From contig JAZNQN010000044.1 of the NCBI GenBank assembly GCA_045590195.1, positions 100,889 through 164,888 on the forward strand: a stretch of 64,000 nucleotides of DNA, in the 5' to 3' direction. Under the pieces are notes generated by a model, which was given only the letters and a program-made list of their open reading frames with translations, was not told the origin of the DNA and made no database searches. How positions within the stretch are numbered: position 1 is the first letter of the stretch; every line of letters starts with the position of its first letter. Below are positions 1 through 10,261 of this stretch, in pieces. The position numbers and the translations under genes are program-made. The stretch comes from Clostridia bacterium. Lineage in GTDB: Bacteria; Bacillota; Clostridia; UMGS1883; UMGS1540.

Positions 1-347
1 CACTTCTGGAACTTTCAAAGCAGTTTTTCATAAGCCATTCAGCCCTCAGCCAGAATTTTAAACGAGAGGTTGGCACATCATTTAATACATATCTTCGGCA
101 AAGAAGAATTTTTGAAGCCTGCACCCTCTTGCAAAAGCAAAATGTAACAGTTGAGGAAATAGCCTCAAAAGTTGGTTACAGCGATACAAAATACTTCAGA
201 GAAGTGTTTAAAAAAATACTGGGCTGCACTCCAAGAGAGTTTAGGGGATTTGTGAGAAAATCCCAAATGTGTCCTCATAAAAAAAATTGTTTTGCCGAAA
301 ACAGGCATCTTACCTGCAGTTTGCAAAAATACTGCACTCACGATTAA
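1..347 (+). CDS. AraC-family transcriptional regulator, C-terminal HTH fragment (5' end outside window)
   Basis: Frame 3 reads ...FKREVGTSFNTYLRQRRIFEACTLLQKQNVTVEEIASKVGYSDTKYFREVFKKILGCTPREFRGF..., a classic AraC HTH_18 signature. It is open to the window edge and stops at 347. Confidence 0.8.
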   Translation, partial: LLELSKQFFISHSALSQNFKREVGTSFNTYLRQRRIFEACTLLQKQNVTVEEIASKVGYSDTKYFREVFKKILGCTPREFRGFVRKSQMCPHKKNCFAENRHLTCSLQKYCTHD

Positions 348-396
348 AGTATAGCATTGAAACTTTATATGAACAACCGATAAAATTTCGCGTTTA

Positions 397-430
397 GGGG
401 GTATTATTCACAAATACCCCTTTTCTTTTT
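397..430 (+). terminator. Rho-independent terminator after the AraC gene
   Basis: GGGGGTATT...AATACCCC stem followed by TTTTCTTTTT. Confidence 0.7.
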
Positions 431-436
431 CGCTCC

Positions 437-465
437 TTGACACTGCAGTATTTTAGTGATATATT
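437..465 (+). promoter_or_regulatory. sigma-A-type promoter for the 897-aa gene
   Basis: TTGACA (437-442), 17-nt spacer, TATATT (460-465). RBS AAGGTGG sits 9 nt before the ATG at 512. Confidence 0.55.
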
Positions 466-511
466 TTAAGTTAGGTTATAATTATTTTCTTATTTTAAGG
501 TGGTATAATTT

Positions 512-3205
512 ATGAAAAGAACAAACAAAGTTGACGACTTTTTTGAAAAACAACCTCCACTTTTATTTTTAAAAGATTTAAAAGCTCCCTTGCATCCTGA
601 GCTTCCAGGCCTTTTCAAGGAACGCAAAGCCAAAGAAGGCGAAGTTTCGGCAAAGGGGCTTTATTTAGTACCTGAATTTGATGATAAAAATGGTTTACTT
701 GAAACAGCTTACGATGATTTTAAATGTTTTTTAGATGCATACTGCCTTGGCGGAAATCTTTTTCCTGTAAAGACGAGATACTGCGAAACAGATGTTTTTG
801 AGCAGTACATAATTGAAATTACTGAAAACGGTGTTACCATTTGTGCAGGCGATACAGAAGGCATAAGACGTGGCATATTCTATATTGAAGACGAGCTTAA
901 ATCGCGCGAGGCGGCATTTTTGCCACTTGGTATTATAAAACGTACTCCGCACATAAGAAAACGTATTACGCGCGGATTTTTCAGCCCTACAAATCGTGCA
1001 CCAAAATTTGGCGACGAGCTTTCCGACGATATTGATTATTACGATGACAACTATTTAAACCGCCTTGCCCACGATGGCTCAAACGGTTTATGGATTTATA
1101 CAAGATATTCCGATTTGGTTAAAACAGATATTATTCCCGAGTACGGCGAAGGCGGCGAAAGAAGAATTGAAAAACTTCGCAGTGTTTGCAAAAAATGTGC
1201 AAGATATGGTATTGGTATTTACGTTTTTGCAATCGAACCTGAAGCCCCAACAAAGCCTGAAATTTACGAGGCTCATCCGGAACTTTTGGGTGGGCGATCG
1301 GGAAACAGCGAATTCAGAGCGGCAAACGGAATTAAAACATTTTGTACTCACACAGAGGCTGGCAGAGCTTACTGCATTGAAGCTACAAGAAGGCTTTGCG
1401 TTGCCGCACCTGAAATTGCCGGCATCATGAGCATTACCGCAGGCGAAAGAATAACTTCCTGTGCAGCAGAAGCAGGCAGCAATTGTCCAAACTGCGGCCA
1501 TATTCCACGTGGCGAAGGTTTAGCTCAAACTATTGACTGTATTCAGGAAGGCATAAGGCAAAGCGGAAGCAAAACCATTGAATATATTAGCTGGACTTAC
1601 GGCCATAGAATGTGGGACAAAGAGGAAGATATTATTGACTATGTAAAACACGCCCCCAGCGACGTTATGCTTATGCAAAATTTTGACGATATGGCATACG
1701 AAGAGCAACTAGGCCGTGTAAGGCAGGGCGTTGACTACTGGCTTTCATACCCCGGCCCATCTGATTTATTTAAAAACACTGCACTTGCGGCAAGGGAATA
1801 TAACAAACATATATATGCAAAAATGCAGGTATGTTGTTCGCACGAAATTGCAACAGTACCCTATGTTCCTGCACCAGGTATTATCTTTGATAAATTCAAA
1901 GGTGCACACGAACTCGGTGTTGAAGGCGTTTTGGAATGTTGGTATTTTGGAAACTATCCTTCAATTATGAGTAAAGCTGCAGGCGAGCTTTCCTTCTGGG
2001 AAGATTTTGGCGACAAAAAGGGGTTTTTAAATCGACTTGCATCTATCTATGGCGGACAGAGTAATGCTGAAAATCTTGTATCTGCCTGGTATCTTTTTGA
2101 GGAAGGTTACAGAAAATATCCGCTTAACGTAATGTTTAGCTACTACGGCCCTATGCACGATGGCGTTTGTTGGCAGCTTCAGCTAAAGCCTAAAAACTTT
2201 TCTCTTTCCCGTTCGTGGCTTTTAATGGACCGCCCTGATGGCGACAGAATTTACGAAGCGCTTGCCTGCGGACACACTCTTGATGAAGTTATTGCTTTAA
2301 CTGATGAAATGGCAACAAAATTTGAAGAAGGTTTAAAGGTAGTTGACGGAACACCTGTTCCAAAAGAGCACGAAAGCGTTATAAAGGCTATGGCAACTCT
2401 TTTCAGAAGCGGAAACAATGTTCTTAAGTTTTACAAAAAAAGAGAGCAAATAGGCTTTTCTGAAGGCGACAGTGCTACGTTACTTTCCGAAATGGAAGCT
2501 TTAGTTTATGATGAAATTAAAAACTCCGAAAAAATGATTGAAATTTGCAAAAATGACAACCGTTTAGGTTACCATTCTGAGGCGGAGGGTTATAAATATT
2601 TCCCCGAAAAAATTGAGGACAGAATAGAAAAGCTAAAAATGCTTTTAGAAACAGAATTTGCCGAAGTTAAAGAGCGAATTGAAAAAGGGCTTGAACCACT
2701 TCCCTACTTTTTATCAGGAAGCGATGATGAAGTTCACTTTTCTCTTATTAAGGATAATATAGAAAATGCTGAAAAGCATTTTCTTGACGATGATTCCTCA
2801 TACTTTAGCACCTCATATGACGATGAAAACATATATATAAAGGTTTCGGGAAATAAAAATTTTGTTATTTCTCCTGAATTTATTCCAATGCACCCATATC
2901 CACCTGTTTGCATTTCAGCCGATGGAAAAGCAAACTTTAATTACGAAGCGAAATTTTACTATAACTATTTTGGCGAAAGGTTAGTAAGTGAAATCGCAAA
3001 ATGGAAAGCAGAAAAAACAGATGATGGTGTTTTAGTTACAGTTTCAAGAAAAGGCATTGAGTGGAACGGTAAAACTCCTATAAAGCTTTGCATTTCAACA
3101 CTTGAAGGGGCTAAATGGCTTCGCGATGAAATGGCAATTTATTCGCTTGGAAAATCAACTGTTTCTCCTGGTGATTTAGGCTGGTTTATACCAACGGAAA
3201 TGTAA
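512..3205 (+). CDS. large uncharacterised protein (897 aa), Cys-rich central region; possibly a glycoside-hydrolase-like enzyme
   Basis: Long ORF with a good RBS. Cys motifs SNCPNCGH and QVCCSHE. Sits in a sugar-utilisation context (AraC regulators, sugar kinase, sugar isomerase). No family assigned with confidence. Confidence 0.85.
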   Translation: MKRTNKVDDFFEKQPPLLFLKDLKAPLHPELPGLFKERKAKEGEVSAKGLYLVPEFDDKNGLLETAYDDFKCFLDAYCLGGNLFPVKTRYCETDVFEQYIIEITENGVTICAGDTEGIRRGIFYIEDELKSREAAFLPLGIIKRTPHIRKRITRGFFSPTNRAPKFGDELSDDIDYYDDNYLNRLAHDGSNGLWIYTRYSDLVKTDIIPEYGEGGERRIEKLRSVCKKCARYGIGIYVFAIEPEAPTKPEIYEAHPELLGGRSGNSEFRAANGIKTFCTHTEAGRAYCIEATRRLCVAAPEIAGIMSITAGERITSCAAEAGSNCPNCGHIPRGEGLAQTIDCIQEGIRQSGSKTIEYISWTYGHRMWDKEEDIIDYVKHAPSDVMLMQNFDDMAYEEQLGRVRQGVDYWLSYPGPSDLFKNTALAAREYNKHIYAKMQVCCSHEIATVPYVPAPGIIFDKFKGAHELGVEGVLECWYFGNYPSIMSKAAGELSFWEDFGDKKGFLNRLASIYGGQSNAENLVSAWYLFEEGYRKYPLNVMFSYYGPMHDGVCWQLQLKPKNFSLSRSWLLMDRPDGDRIYEALACGHTLDEVIALTDEMATKFEEGLKVVDGTPVPKEHESVIKAMATLFRSGNNVLKFYKKREQIGFSEGDSATLLSEMEALVYDEIKNSEKMIEICKNDNRLGYHSEAEGYKYFPEKIEDRIEKLKMLLETEFAEVKERIEKGLEPLPYFLSGSDDEVHFSLIKDNIENAEKHFLDDDSSYFSTSYDDENIYIKVSGNKNFVISPEFIPMHPYPPVCISADGKANFNYEAKFYYNYFGERLVSEIAKWKAEKTDDGVLVTVSRKGIEWNGKTPIKLCISTLEGAKWLRDEMAIYSLGKSTVSPGDLGWFIPTEM

Positions 3206-3278
3206 AAATATTCCATATCACAAAAAGGCAAATAAACTTAAATTATAAATAGTGCTAAAGTACACATAATTATCAACA

Positions 3279-3310
3279 ATGAAAAAACCGCATTTTATAA
3301 TGCGGTTTTA
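3279..3310 (-). terminator. Rho-independent terminator, mainly for the minus-strand kinase gene, weakly bidirectional
   Basis: AACCGCATT-ttat-AATGCGGTT stem. U-tract on the minus strand (AAAAAA at 3282-3287 on the + strand); a weaker TTTTA on the + strand. Confidence 0.7.
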
Positions 3311-3330
3311 CTAATTTAAGCCTTTTTGTT

Positions 3331-3400
3331 ATGGACAAACTTCACCTCTCGGCGTATAACATACGCCTTCGGGTACCAACTATGTGTTCAGTTTGTCCAT
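3331..3400. repeat. nested inverted-repeat element (ATGGACAAACT...AGTTTGTCCAT enclosing GGCGTAT-aac-ATACGCC)
   Basis: Perfect 11-bp outer inverted repeat and perfect 7-bp inner palindrome, read directly from the sequence between two convergent genes. Confidence 0.6.
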
Positions 3401-3431
3401 TCTGAAAAATTTTTCCAAATTCCTTATAAAT

Positions 3432-4376
3432 TTATATTTGGTTTAAATAAGGCATCGCTTTAATTGCGCCACGTCTTTGAACACAAAAGCCTGCAACTTT
3501 ATTTGAAAAATCAGCAAACTCCTGTACTTTTTCAAGTAGAATTTCGCTACTGCCAAAGTTTGCAACGTTAAAGAGGAATGCTCCCATAAAAGCATCTCCT
3601 GCTCCGGTTGTATCAACAGCTTTTACGTCCATTGCAGCAGAAGTAACAACGCCTTCTTTTGTTCTTATTATTGCGCCTTCTGCACCTTTTGTAACAATTA
3701 CAGTTTTAATTCCCAAATCAACAAGCGCTTTCGATGCATCTTCAGGGCTTTCAAAATCGGTTAAAAGCTTTGTTTCTTCATCAGATATTTTAATAACATC
3801 AACAAAGCCGAGAATTGAACGCATTCCTTCAATTGCAGCTTTTTCGCTTTTCCAAAGCGGTGCTCTGTAATTAGGGTCATAGGAAATTATGCAGCCTGCT
3901 TTTTTCGCCTCTTCAAGGGCAAAAAGTGTTGCGCTTTTTGCAGGCTCATCAGTAAGGGAAAGCGAGCCTACATGGAATATTTTCGAGTTTTTAATAAGCT
4001 CAGTTTTAACTTCCTCTTTTGTAAGGCAAGTATCGGCACCAGGTTTTCTTGCAAAGGAAAAGCTTCGGTCACCATTTTCATTTATATTTACAAAAGCCAA
4101 AGTTGTGAAAACGCTATCGTCGCTTATAAGGGCATCGGTACAGATATTTTCGCTTTCAAGAGTTTCTCTCAAAAAGTCGCCATGCATATCTTTTCCTATT
4201 TTGCCGATAAGAGCGGCCTCTCCGCCAAGGCGTTTAACTGCCGAAAGAACGTTTGCAGGTGCGCCGCCGGGGTTTTGCTCAAAAAGAGTTTGTCCACCTT
4301 CGCTTTTTCCTGCATAAGTCATATCAATTAAAATTTCGCCAAGTGCTACTACATCAAAGGTTTTCATTAAATTCAC
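3432..4376 (-). CDS. PfkB-family carbohydrate kinase (fructokinase-like)
   Basis: N-terminal GG sugar-binding motif, and DTTGAGDAF near the C-terminus, the ribokinase/PfkB signature. 314 aa. Confidence 0.85.
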   Translation of the reverse strand: MNLMKTFDVVALGEILIDMTYAGKSEGGQTLFEQNPGGAPANVLSAVKRLGGEAALIGKIGKDMHGDFLRETLESENICTDALISDDSVFTTLAFVNINENGDRSFSFARKPGADTCLTKEEVKTELIKNSKIFHVGSLSLTDEPAKSATLFALEEAKKAGCIISYDPNYRAPLWKSEKAAIEGMRSILGFVDVIKISDEETKLLTDFESPEDASKALVDLGIKTVIVTKGAEGAIIRTKEGVVTSAAMDVKAVDTTGAGDAFMGAFLFNVANFGSSEILLEKVQEFADFSNKVAGFCVQRRGAIKAMPYLNQI

Positions 4377-4384
4377 CCTTTCAA

Positions 4385-4969
<585 letters not shown>

Positions 4970-4981
4970 TCAATAACACAG

Positions 4982-5010
4982 TTGACATTCTACCTTTATA
5001 ATGATAAAAT
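4982..5010 (+). promoter_or_regulatory. promoter for the AraC regulator gene
   Basis: TTGACA, 17-nt spacer, TG-n-TAAAAT extended -10. Confidence 0.5.
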
Positions 5011-5041
5011 AATTATACTATATTGATATTTTGGTGATTTG

Positions 5042-5881
5042 ATGAAATCCAAACTATACAAAAGCGACAGTTATGTTAGCCGAGATACGGGCTTTACACT
5101 GCGAATGAACTATAGCTTTACTGAAAATTTTGAATTGCACCACCATGATTATTACGAATTTTTCTTAACCCTTTCAGGTAAAGCGATTCAGGAAATTAAT
5201 GGCAAAAGGCAATCTCTGCCTGAGAGAAGCCTTGTTTTAGTGCGCCCGGGCGATGTTCATACGTATATTAAAGAGGGCGAATTTTCTTTTGTTAATTTAA
5301 CTTTTACAAGTGATACTATGAAAAAGCTTTGCGATTACTTTGGCAGCTCACTTGAAAATATTATTAAAAAAGAAATTCCTCCAACTGTAATTTTAAGCCG
5401 CGAAAATTTTGATTCAGTTTTTGAAAAACTGAATAATCTCAATACAATAAGCCTTAGCGATACCGAAAAGGCTAACCTTAAAATGAAGCTTATTTTAACA
5501 GATATAATGGCTTTTATTATTGAAGGCGATAGCGAGAGAAGCCGCTCACTTGCGCCATTATGGCTTTCCTCTCTTGTTCTTCATTGTAAAAAGGCAGAAA
5601 ATATAAATATAACCCTTCAGGAAATGGCAGAATTTTCAAATAAAAGCAGAGAACATATTTCAAGATGTTTTAAAAAGTATTACGGGGTTACTGTTGCCCA
5701 GTTTATGAACGAACAAAAACTAAATTACAGCGCAAATTTACTGCTTAACAGCAATCTGCCCGTAATTGATATTTGTTATGAATGTGGCTTTCAGAATTTA
5801 AGTTGGTTTTATAGAAAATTCAAAGAAAAGTTTGATTTAACTCCCCATCAGTTCAGAAAAAATGCGGGATTTAATACATAA
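5042..5881 (+). CDS. AraC-family transcriptional regulator (cupin N-domain + HTH)
   Basis: N-terminal cupin-like domain and C-terminal AraC HTH (QFMNEQKLNYSANLLLNSNLPVIDICYECGFQNLSWFYRKFKEKFDLTPHQFR). ATG at 5042 is preceded by GGTGA; the track start at 5039 is TTG. Confidence 0.88.
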   Translation: MKSKLYKSDSYVSRDTGFTLRMNYSFTENFELHHHDYYEFFLTLSGKAIQEINGKRQSLPERSLVLVRPGDVHTYIKEGEFSFVNLTFTSDTMKKLCDYFGSSLENIIKKEIPPTVILSRENFDSVFEKLNNLNTISLSDTEKANLKMKLILTDIMAFIIEGDSERSRSLAPLWLSSLVLHCKKAENINITLQEMAEFSNKSREHISRCFKKYYGVTVAQFMNEQKLNYSANLLLNSNLPVIDICYECGFQNLSWFYRKFKEKFDLTPHQFRKNAGFNT

Positions 5882-5915
5882 AAAAGCTGAAAACAAAAGT
5901 TTTCAGCTTTTCCTA

Positions 5916-7019
5916 TTAATTTATTTTTACGTTTTCCCAAAGAGTATTAAGATATCCCATCATATCAGTATCAAGATTTCGGAAAGCAAATTTATTATAT
6001 TTTTCCGAAAAGCTTCCAAGCTCAGGATAAAGAATTTCCATTGCCTTTTCGCCCATATCATCTTTATATGTTTCGTTATTATAAACAAGGCTGTTTGGCG
6101 ATGCATAACAGGTTGCCTTTGCATTTGCAACGGCAGGCTCTTCAGAGAGCATATAGTTTATAAATATTTCGGCAAGTTCTTTATTTTGTGCACAAGAAGG
6201 AATACACATAGCATCTACATAGAAGTTTGTTTGTTCAGGATAATAAATCTGAAGGTCAACATTTTCCGCCTGAGCCTCTGCCATTGTGAAATAGTCGCCA
6301 GCGTAATATGCACCAATTGCCGCTTCGCCCGATTCCATCATATTAAATATTTCGTCCATAACGTAGCTATATACATAAGGGCGCTGAGCAACAAGCTCTT
6401 CAAAGGCATCGTCCCAGTCGGCTTTGTTTGTTGAGTTTACATCGAGTCCAAGTTTGTAAATTGCAGTTCCAAATGCATCGCGAAGGTTATTAAACTGTAA
6501 AATACTTCCGCTGTATTTTTCGTTCCACATTAAATCCCAGCTACCGGTATCGGCTTTGTCAACAATATTGGCATCGTAAATTATACCAACTATGCCATAT
6601 GCATAAGGAATTGTGTATTTATTATCTTTATCATAATAAAGGCCTTTGAAAGTATCATCAATGTATTTATAATTTGGTATATTTTCAAAATTCAGTGGCA
6701 ATAGTAAATTCTCGTCAGCCATTTTTGCTATCATATAGTCAGATGGAATAATAACATCGTAGCTAACCGCTCCGCTTGAAATTTTGTTATACATATCTTC
6801 GTTTGAAGCAAATGTAGTATAATTTACGGTTATCTTTTGGCCATAAGTTTCTTCATACCATTTTTCAAATTCGCGGATAGTATCAAAGCTGCCTTCGCTT
6901 CCATCAGAAATATATTCGCCCCAGTTATATACATTAAGGGTTACTTTATTCCCGCCACAACCGCCAAAAAGCGGCAACATTATTAAAAGTGAAACTAAAA
7001 CTGCAATTATTTTTTTCAT
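5916..7019 (-). CDS. potD: ABC transporter substrate-binding lipoprotein, PotD (spermidine/putrescine) family
   Basis: Lipoprotein signal peptide (LFGGCGG), PotD-like length and motifs, last gene of an ATPase-permease-permease-SBP operon. Confidence 0.8.
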   Translation of the reverse strand: MKKIIAVLVSLLIMLPLFGGCGGNKVTLNVYNWGEYISDGSEGSFDTIREFEKWYEETYGQKITVNYTTFASNEDMYNKISSGAVSYDVIIPSDYMIAKMADENLLLPLNFENIPNYKYIDDTFKGLYYDKDNKYTIPYAYGIVGIIYDANIVDKADTGSWDLMWNEKYSGSILQFNNLRDAFGTAIYKLGLDVNSTNKADWDDAFEELVAQRPYVYSYVMDEIFNMMESGEAAIGAYYAGDYFTMAEAQAENVDLQIYYPEQTNFYVDAMCIPSCAQNKELAEIFINYMLSEEPAVANAKATCYASPNSLVYNNETYKDDMGEKAMEILYPELGSFSEKYNKFAFRNLDTDMMGYLNTLWENVKIN

Positions 7020-7849
7020 TTGGAAGTCCTCCCTTTTGCTTTCTTTTTATTAAGTTTTTTCATATCATCGTTATCAATAACATTGCTAATTAAAAGAAGT
7101 GCCATTGTTACAAAGAAAATAATGGTTGCAAGGGCATACATTTTCGGTGTAACAGTTTTTTTGGTCATACTGTAAATTCTGATAGGTAAAGTTTCAAAGC
7201 CGTTTCCTGAGGTAAAATAGCTTATTACAAAATCATCAAGCGAAAGAGTAAACGCCATAATAGCCCCTGTTATAATACCGGGCAGAATTTCAGGCAATTC
7301 AACCTTTAAAAAAGCTTTAAGCGGTGTACAGCCTAAATCCATTGCCGCTTCAGGAAGGGATTTATCCATCTGGCGAAGCTTCGGTAACACCTGCAAAATT
7401 ACATAGGGTGTACAAAAAGCAACGTGAGCTATAAGCATTGTTAAAAAGTTAAGGCTTGTTGATGCGCCGAAAAATCTTCCAACAAATACAAACATAAGCA
7501 TTAGTGAAATACCTGTTATAATATCAGGATTTGTCATAGGAAGGTCGGTAACGGTGTTCATAGCCGCACGATACCATTTTGAGCGGAGCTTATTTATTCC
7601 AACTGCCGCAAAAGTTCCCATAACTGTTGAAATAGCCGTTGCCGCAGTTGCAAGAATAAGCGTATTTTTTACGGCTTCAAGAGTATTTCTGTCACTTAAA
7701 AGCTCTTTATACCATTTAAGCGAAAAGCCCGAAAAAACCGATAAACTTTTCGATTCATTAAACGAGAAGAAAAGCAAAACAAGTATGGGAGCAAACAAAA
7801 AGCCAAAAATAACTGTGCTGTATATTTTAGATGACATTTTCATTTTCAC
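7016..7849 (-). CDS. potC: ABC transporter permease, PotC-like
   Basis: 6-TM permease with the ABC permease EAA-like region; 4-nt overlap with neighbouring genes. Confidence 0.85.
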   Translation of the reverse strand: MKMKMSSKIYSTVIFGFLFAPILVLLFFSFNESKSLSVFSGFSLKWYKELLSDRNTLEAVKNTLILATAATAISTVMGTFAAVGINKLRSKWYRAAMNTVTDLPMTNPDIITGISLMLMFVFVGRFFGASTSLNFLTMLIAHVAFCTPYVILQVLPKLRQMDKSLPEAAMDLGCTPLKAFLKVELPEILPGIITGAIMAFTLSLDDFVISYFTSGNGFETLPIRIYSMTKKTVTPKMYALATIIFFVTMALLLISNVIDNDDMKKLNKKKAKGRTSK

Positions 7850-8721
7850 TCACCCCCATATACATATTTGGCCGTAACATATTTTACAAGCGCCATAGCA
7901 ACGAGCAAAATTGCCATAAGAATAAATGCAATCGCCGCCGCAAAGTGAAGATTATTTGCAATATATTGGCCTTCAATAGCATCGCCTATGAGGAAAAACT
8001 TTCCGTTACCAAGCTTTTGCGAGATATAAAATGTGCTGATAGAAGGAATTAAAACCATAGTAATTCCCGATACAATACCCGGCATACTTAAAGGAAAAAC
8101 AACTCTTTTCATAACAGAAAAGCTGCCACAGCCAAGGTCTCTCGCGGCTTCTAAAAGGTTTAAATCAAGCTTTGCCAAAATTGAGTAAATAGGCAAAACC
8201 ATATATGGAAAATAATCGTAAACCATACCAATTATAACTGCAGTTTCCGTTCCTATAACGCTTATTGGCATTATGCCTAATTTAGAAAGAGCAGTATTTA
8301 TAATACCGGTATCCTGCAAAATAGTCATCCATGCGTATGTTCTTATAAGAAAGTTCATCCACATTGGAATCATAATAAGAGTAACCATTGTTTTTTGAGT
8401 TTTTTCTTTGGCACGTGCCATAATGTAAGCGATAGGATATCCCATTAAAAGGCACACTGCCGTTGAAATTACTGCAAGTTTTAAAGACCTTGCAAAAATT
8501 AAAAGGTAAGTACGAACTTCTCGGGTTGAGCCATCGTCTTCCAAAACATTACTTGTTGCCGTAAAAAAGCGAGTAATATTTTCAGTTGTGAAAGCAAAAT
8601 TATTGTCAGTAAAAGCATAATAAGCCACGAATATAAGCGGAACTATTACAAAAAGAACCGACCATACCGAGTATGGCGCAAGTGCCGCACGGTATGTATT
8701 TTGATTGTTTATTTTTTTCAT
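7846..8721 (-). CDS. potB: ABC transporter permease, PotB-like
   Basis: Polytopic permease, translationally coupled to potA and potC. Confidence 0.85.
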   Translation of the reverse strand: MKKINNQNTYRAALAPYSVWSVLFVIVPLIFVAYYAFTDNNFAFTTENITRFFTATSNVLEDDGSTREVRTYLLIFARSLKLAVISTAVCLLMGYPIAYIMARAKEKTQKTMVTLIMIPMWMNFLIRTYAWMTILQDTGIINTALSKLGIMPISVIGTETAVIIGMVYDYFPYMVLPIYSILAKLDLNLLEAARDLGCGSFSVMKRVVFPLSMPGIVSGITMVLIPSISTFYISQKLGNGKFFLIGDAIEGQYIANNLHFAAAIAFILMAILLVAMALVKYVTAKYVYGGE

Positions 8722-9836
8722 TCTTCGCCTTCACCTCCGGGGTTTGAAAGCTCGTCAAGCTCATTTGAAAACGAAGAATAATCGCCAAACATACCTGAAT
8801 ATTTCGATTTTTTCATAATGTGAATTGCATCAGGATCAAGAGAAATTCCGATATAAGAATCTTCGTAAACGGGGTCGGTTGTCTGAATCATCCATTTAAA
8901 GCCGCCAATATCAACAATTGCCTCGTTATGAACGCCCATAAATGTTACAGAAGTAACTTTTCCGCAAAGCATTCCATTGTCAGGCGATACAATGTCAACA
9001 TCTTCAGGGCGGATAACAACATCAACTGCCTCGCCCTTTTCAAAACCTTTGTCAAGGCATGAAAAAGTATGTCCGCCAAATGAAACTTTAAAATCTTCAA
9101 GCATAACGCCGTCAACTATGTTACTTTCGCCAATAAAATCGGCAACAAAGGCGTTTGCAGGCTCGTTATAAATATCTGTTGGCGTGCCGATCTGCTGAAT
9201 TTTACCCTCGCTCATAACAACAATTGTGTCAGACATACTGAGGGCCTCTTCCTGATCGTGAGTTACAAATATAAATGTAATTCCGGTATTTTTCTGAATT
9301 TTTTTAAGCTCCTGCTGCATATCTTTACGCAGTTTTAAATCAAGTGCACCAAGAGGTTCGTCAAGAAGTAAAACCTTTGGCTCGTTAACAAGCGCTCTCG
9401 CTATGGCAACCCTCTGCTGCTGACCGCCTGAAAGGCTTGTAACCTTTCTGTCGGCAAAGCCTGAAAGCATAACCATTTTAAGCATTGCGTCAACTTTTTC
9501 TTTAATTTCATCTTTTGGAACTTTTCTCTCTCTTAAAGGAAAAGCCACATTTTCAAATACATTAAGATGGGGAAACAATGCGTATTTCTGAAAAACTGTA
9601 TTTACGTGTCTTTTATGAGGAGGTACATCGTTTATTCTCTCTCCCATAAAAATCACGTCGCCATTGTCGGGGTTTTCAAATCCGCCGATAATTCGAAGAG
9701 TTGTTGTTTTACCGCAGCCTGAAGGGCCAAGCAAGGTAATAAACTCATTGTCGTGAATATCAAGGCTTATGCAGTCGAGAACCATTTCATCGCCAAATGT
9801 TTTGGAAATATTTTTAAGTTCAATGATTTTTTTCAT
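8718..9836 (-). CDS. potA: ABC transporter ATP-binding protein, PotA-like (with C-terminal TOBE-like domain)
   Basis: Walker [10 protein letters not shown], signature [15 protein letters not shown], Walker [12 protein letters not shown]. Start set at MKKIIELKN (9836) with an upstream GGGGA RBS. The 14-codon GTG extension in the track overlaps a terminator hairpin and is rejected. Confidence 0.9.
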   Translation of the reverse strand: MKKIIELKNISKTFGDEMVLDCISLDIHDNEFITLLGPSGCGKTTTLRIIGGFENPDNGDVIFMGERINDVPPHKRHVNTVFQKYALFPHLNVFENVAFPLRERKVPKDEIKEKVDAMLKMVMLSGFADRKVTSLSGGQQQRVAIARALVNEPKVLLLDEPLGALDLKLRKDMQQELKKIQKNTGITFIFVTHDQEEALSMSDTIVVMSEGKIQQIGTPTDIYNEPANAFVADFIGESNIVDGVMLEDFKVSFGGHTFSCLDKGFEKGEAVDVVIRPEDVDIVSPDNGMLCGKVTSVTFMGVHNEAIVDIGGFKWMIQTTDPVYEDSYIGISLDPDAIHIMKKSKYSGMFGDYSSFSNELDELSNPGGEGEE

Positions 9837-9863
9837 TTCTATTCCCCTATCTTTTATCGCAGT

Positions 9864-9895
9864 AAAATTAAAAGGCACGCCGAATGCGGCATGCC
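9864..9895 (-). terminator. intrinsic-terminator-like hairpin in the potA 5' leader (attenuator candidate)
   Basis: Minus-strand RNA GGCAUGCCG-cauu-CGGCGUGCC followed by UUUUAAUUUU, ending about 25 nt before the potA RBS. Confidence 0.55.
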
Positions 9896-10232
9896 ACTTG
9901 TAAACAAATATTACGATATTTTACCGATAAATACAGAAAACCCATCACAAAAAATACCGGTATGCTAAATCGCAATCAGATCAGAGTCTATATAGTAAAG
10001 ATTACTTTTACTACTCTTATTGACCATTTCACAAGCTTATGCCCAAGGCATTTTCGGTTATAAAGTAACCAACTTATAAAACTGAGCTTTTAACTCAATC
10101 AATAAGGCAACTAAAGTCGCCAACCCTAAAGGGTTTTTCGGCATTCGACCCGGCTGTCCGTATGGCCTTAGTCTAAAAATAGACGGTCTTAAATCTTACT
10201 TTGGAAACACTGCTCCAATTGAGATCCATTAA

Positions 10233-10261
10233 AGTATAACATAAAGGATTTAAAAAGTCAA
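10233..10261 (-). promoter_or_regulatory. promoter of the pot operon (minus strand)
   Basis: TTGACT, 17-nt spacer, TATACT on the minus strand, about 385 nt upstream of the potA start. Confidence 0.55.

Noticed and set aside
1065-1970. Several + and minus-strand ORFs inside the 897-aa gene (1065-1430, 1088-1501, 1520-1708, 1731-1970)
   Set aside because: All are nested in, or antisense to, a long well-supported ORF, without RBSs. They are frame artefacts. The same applies to the antisense ORFs inside glgP, mutS2, pncB (42139-42572), ahcY (18396-19138), dacB and the ABC-F gene.
8718-9878. ORF-track N-terminal extension of potA ([14 protein letters not shown]…) from a GTG at 9878
   Set aside because: The extension lacks an RBS and runs through the leader terminator hairpin. 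An RBS-supported ATG at 9836 gives the canonical ABC ATPase N-terminus [15 protein letters not shown].
9960-10232. T-box or other known riboswitch in the potA leader
   Set aside because: A UUAGGGUUGG stretch is only loosely T-box-like. It is not positioned against the terminator as a T-box antiterminator must be. No specifier loop or known aptamer core could be recognised. Kept as an unknown leader rather than called.
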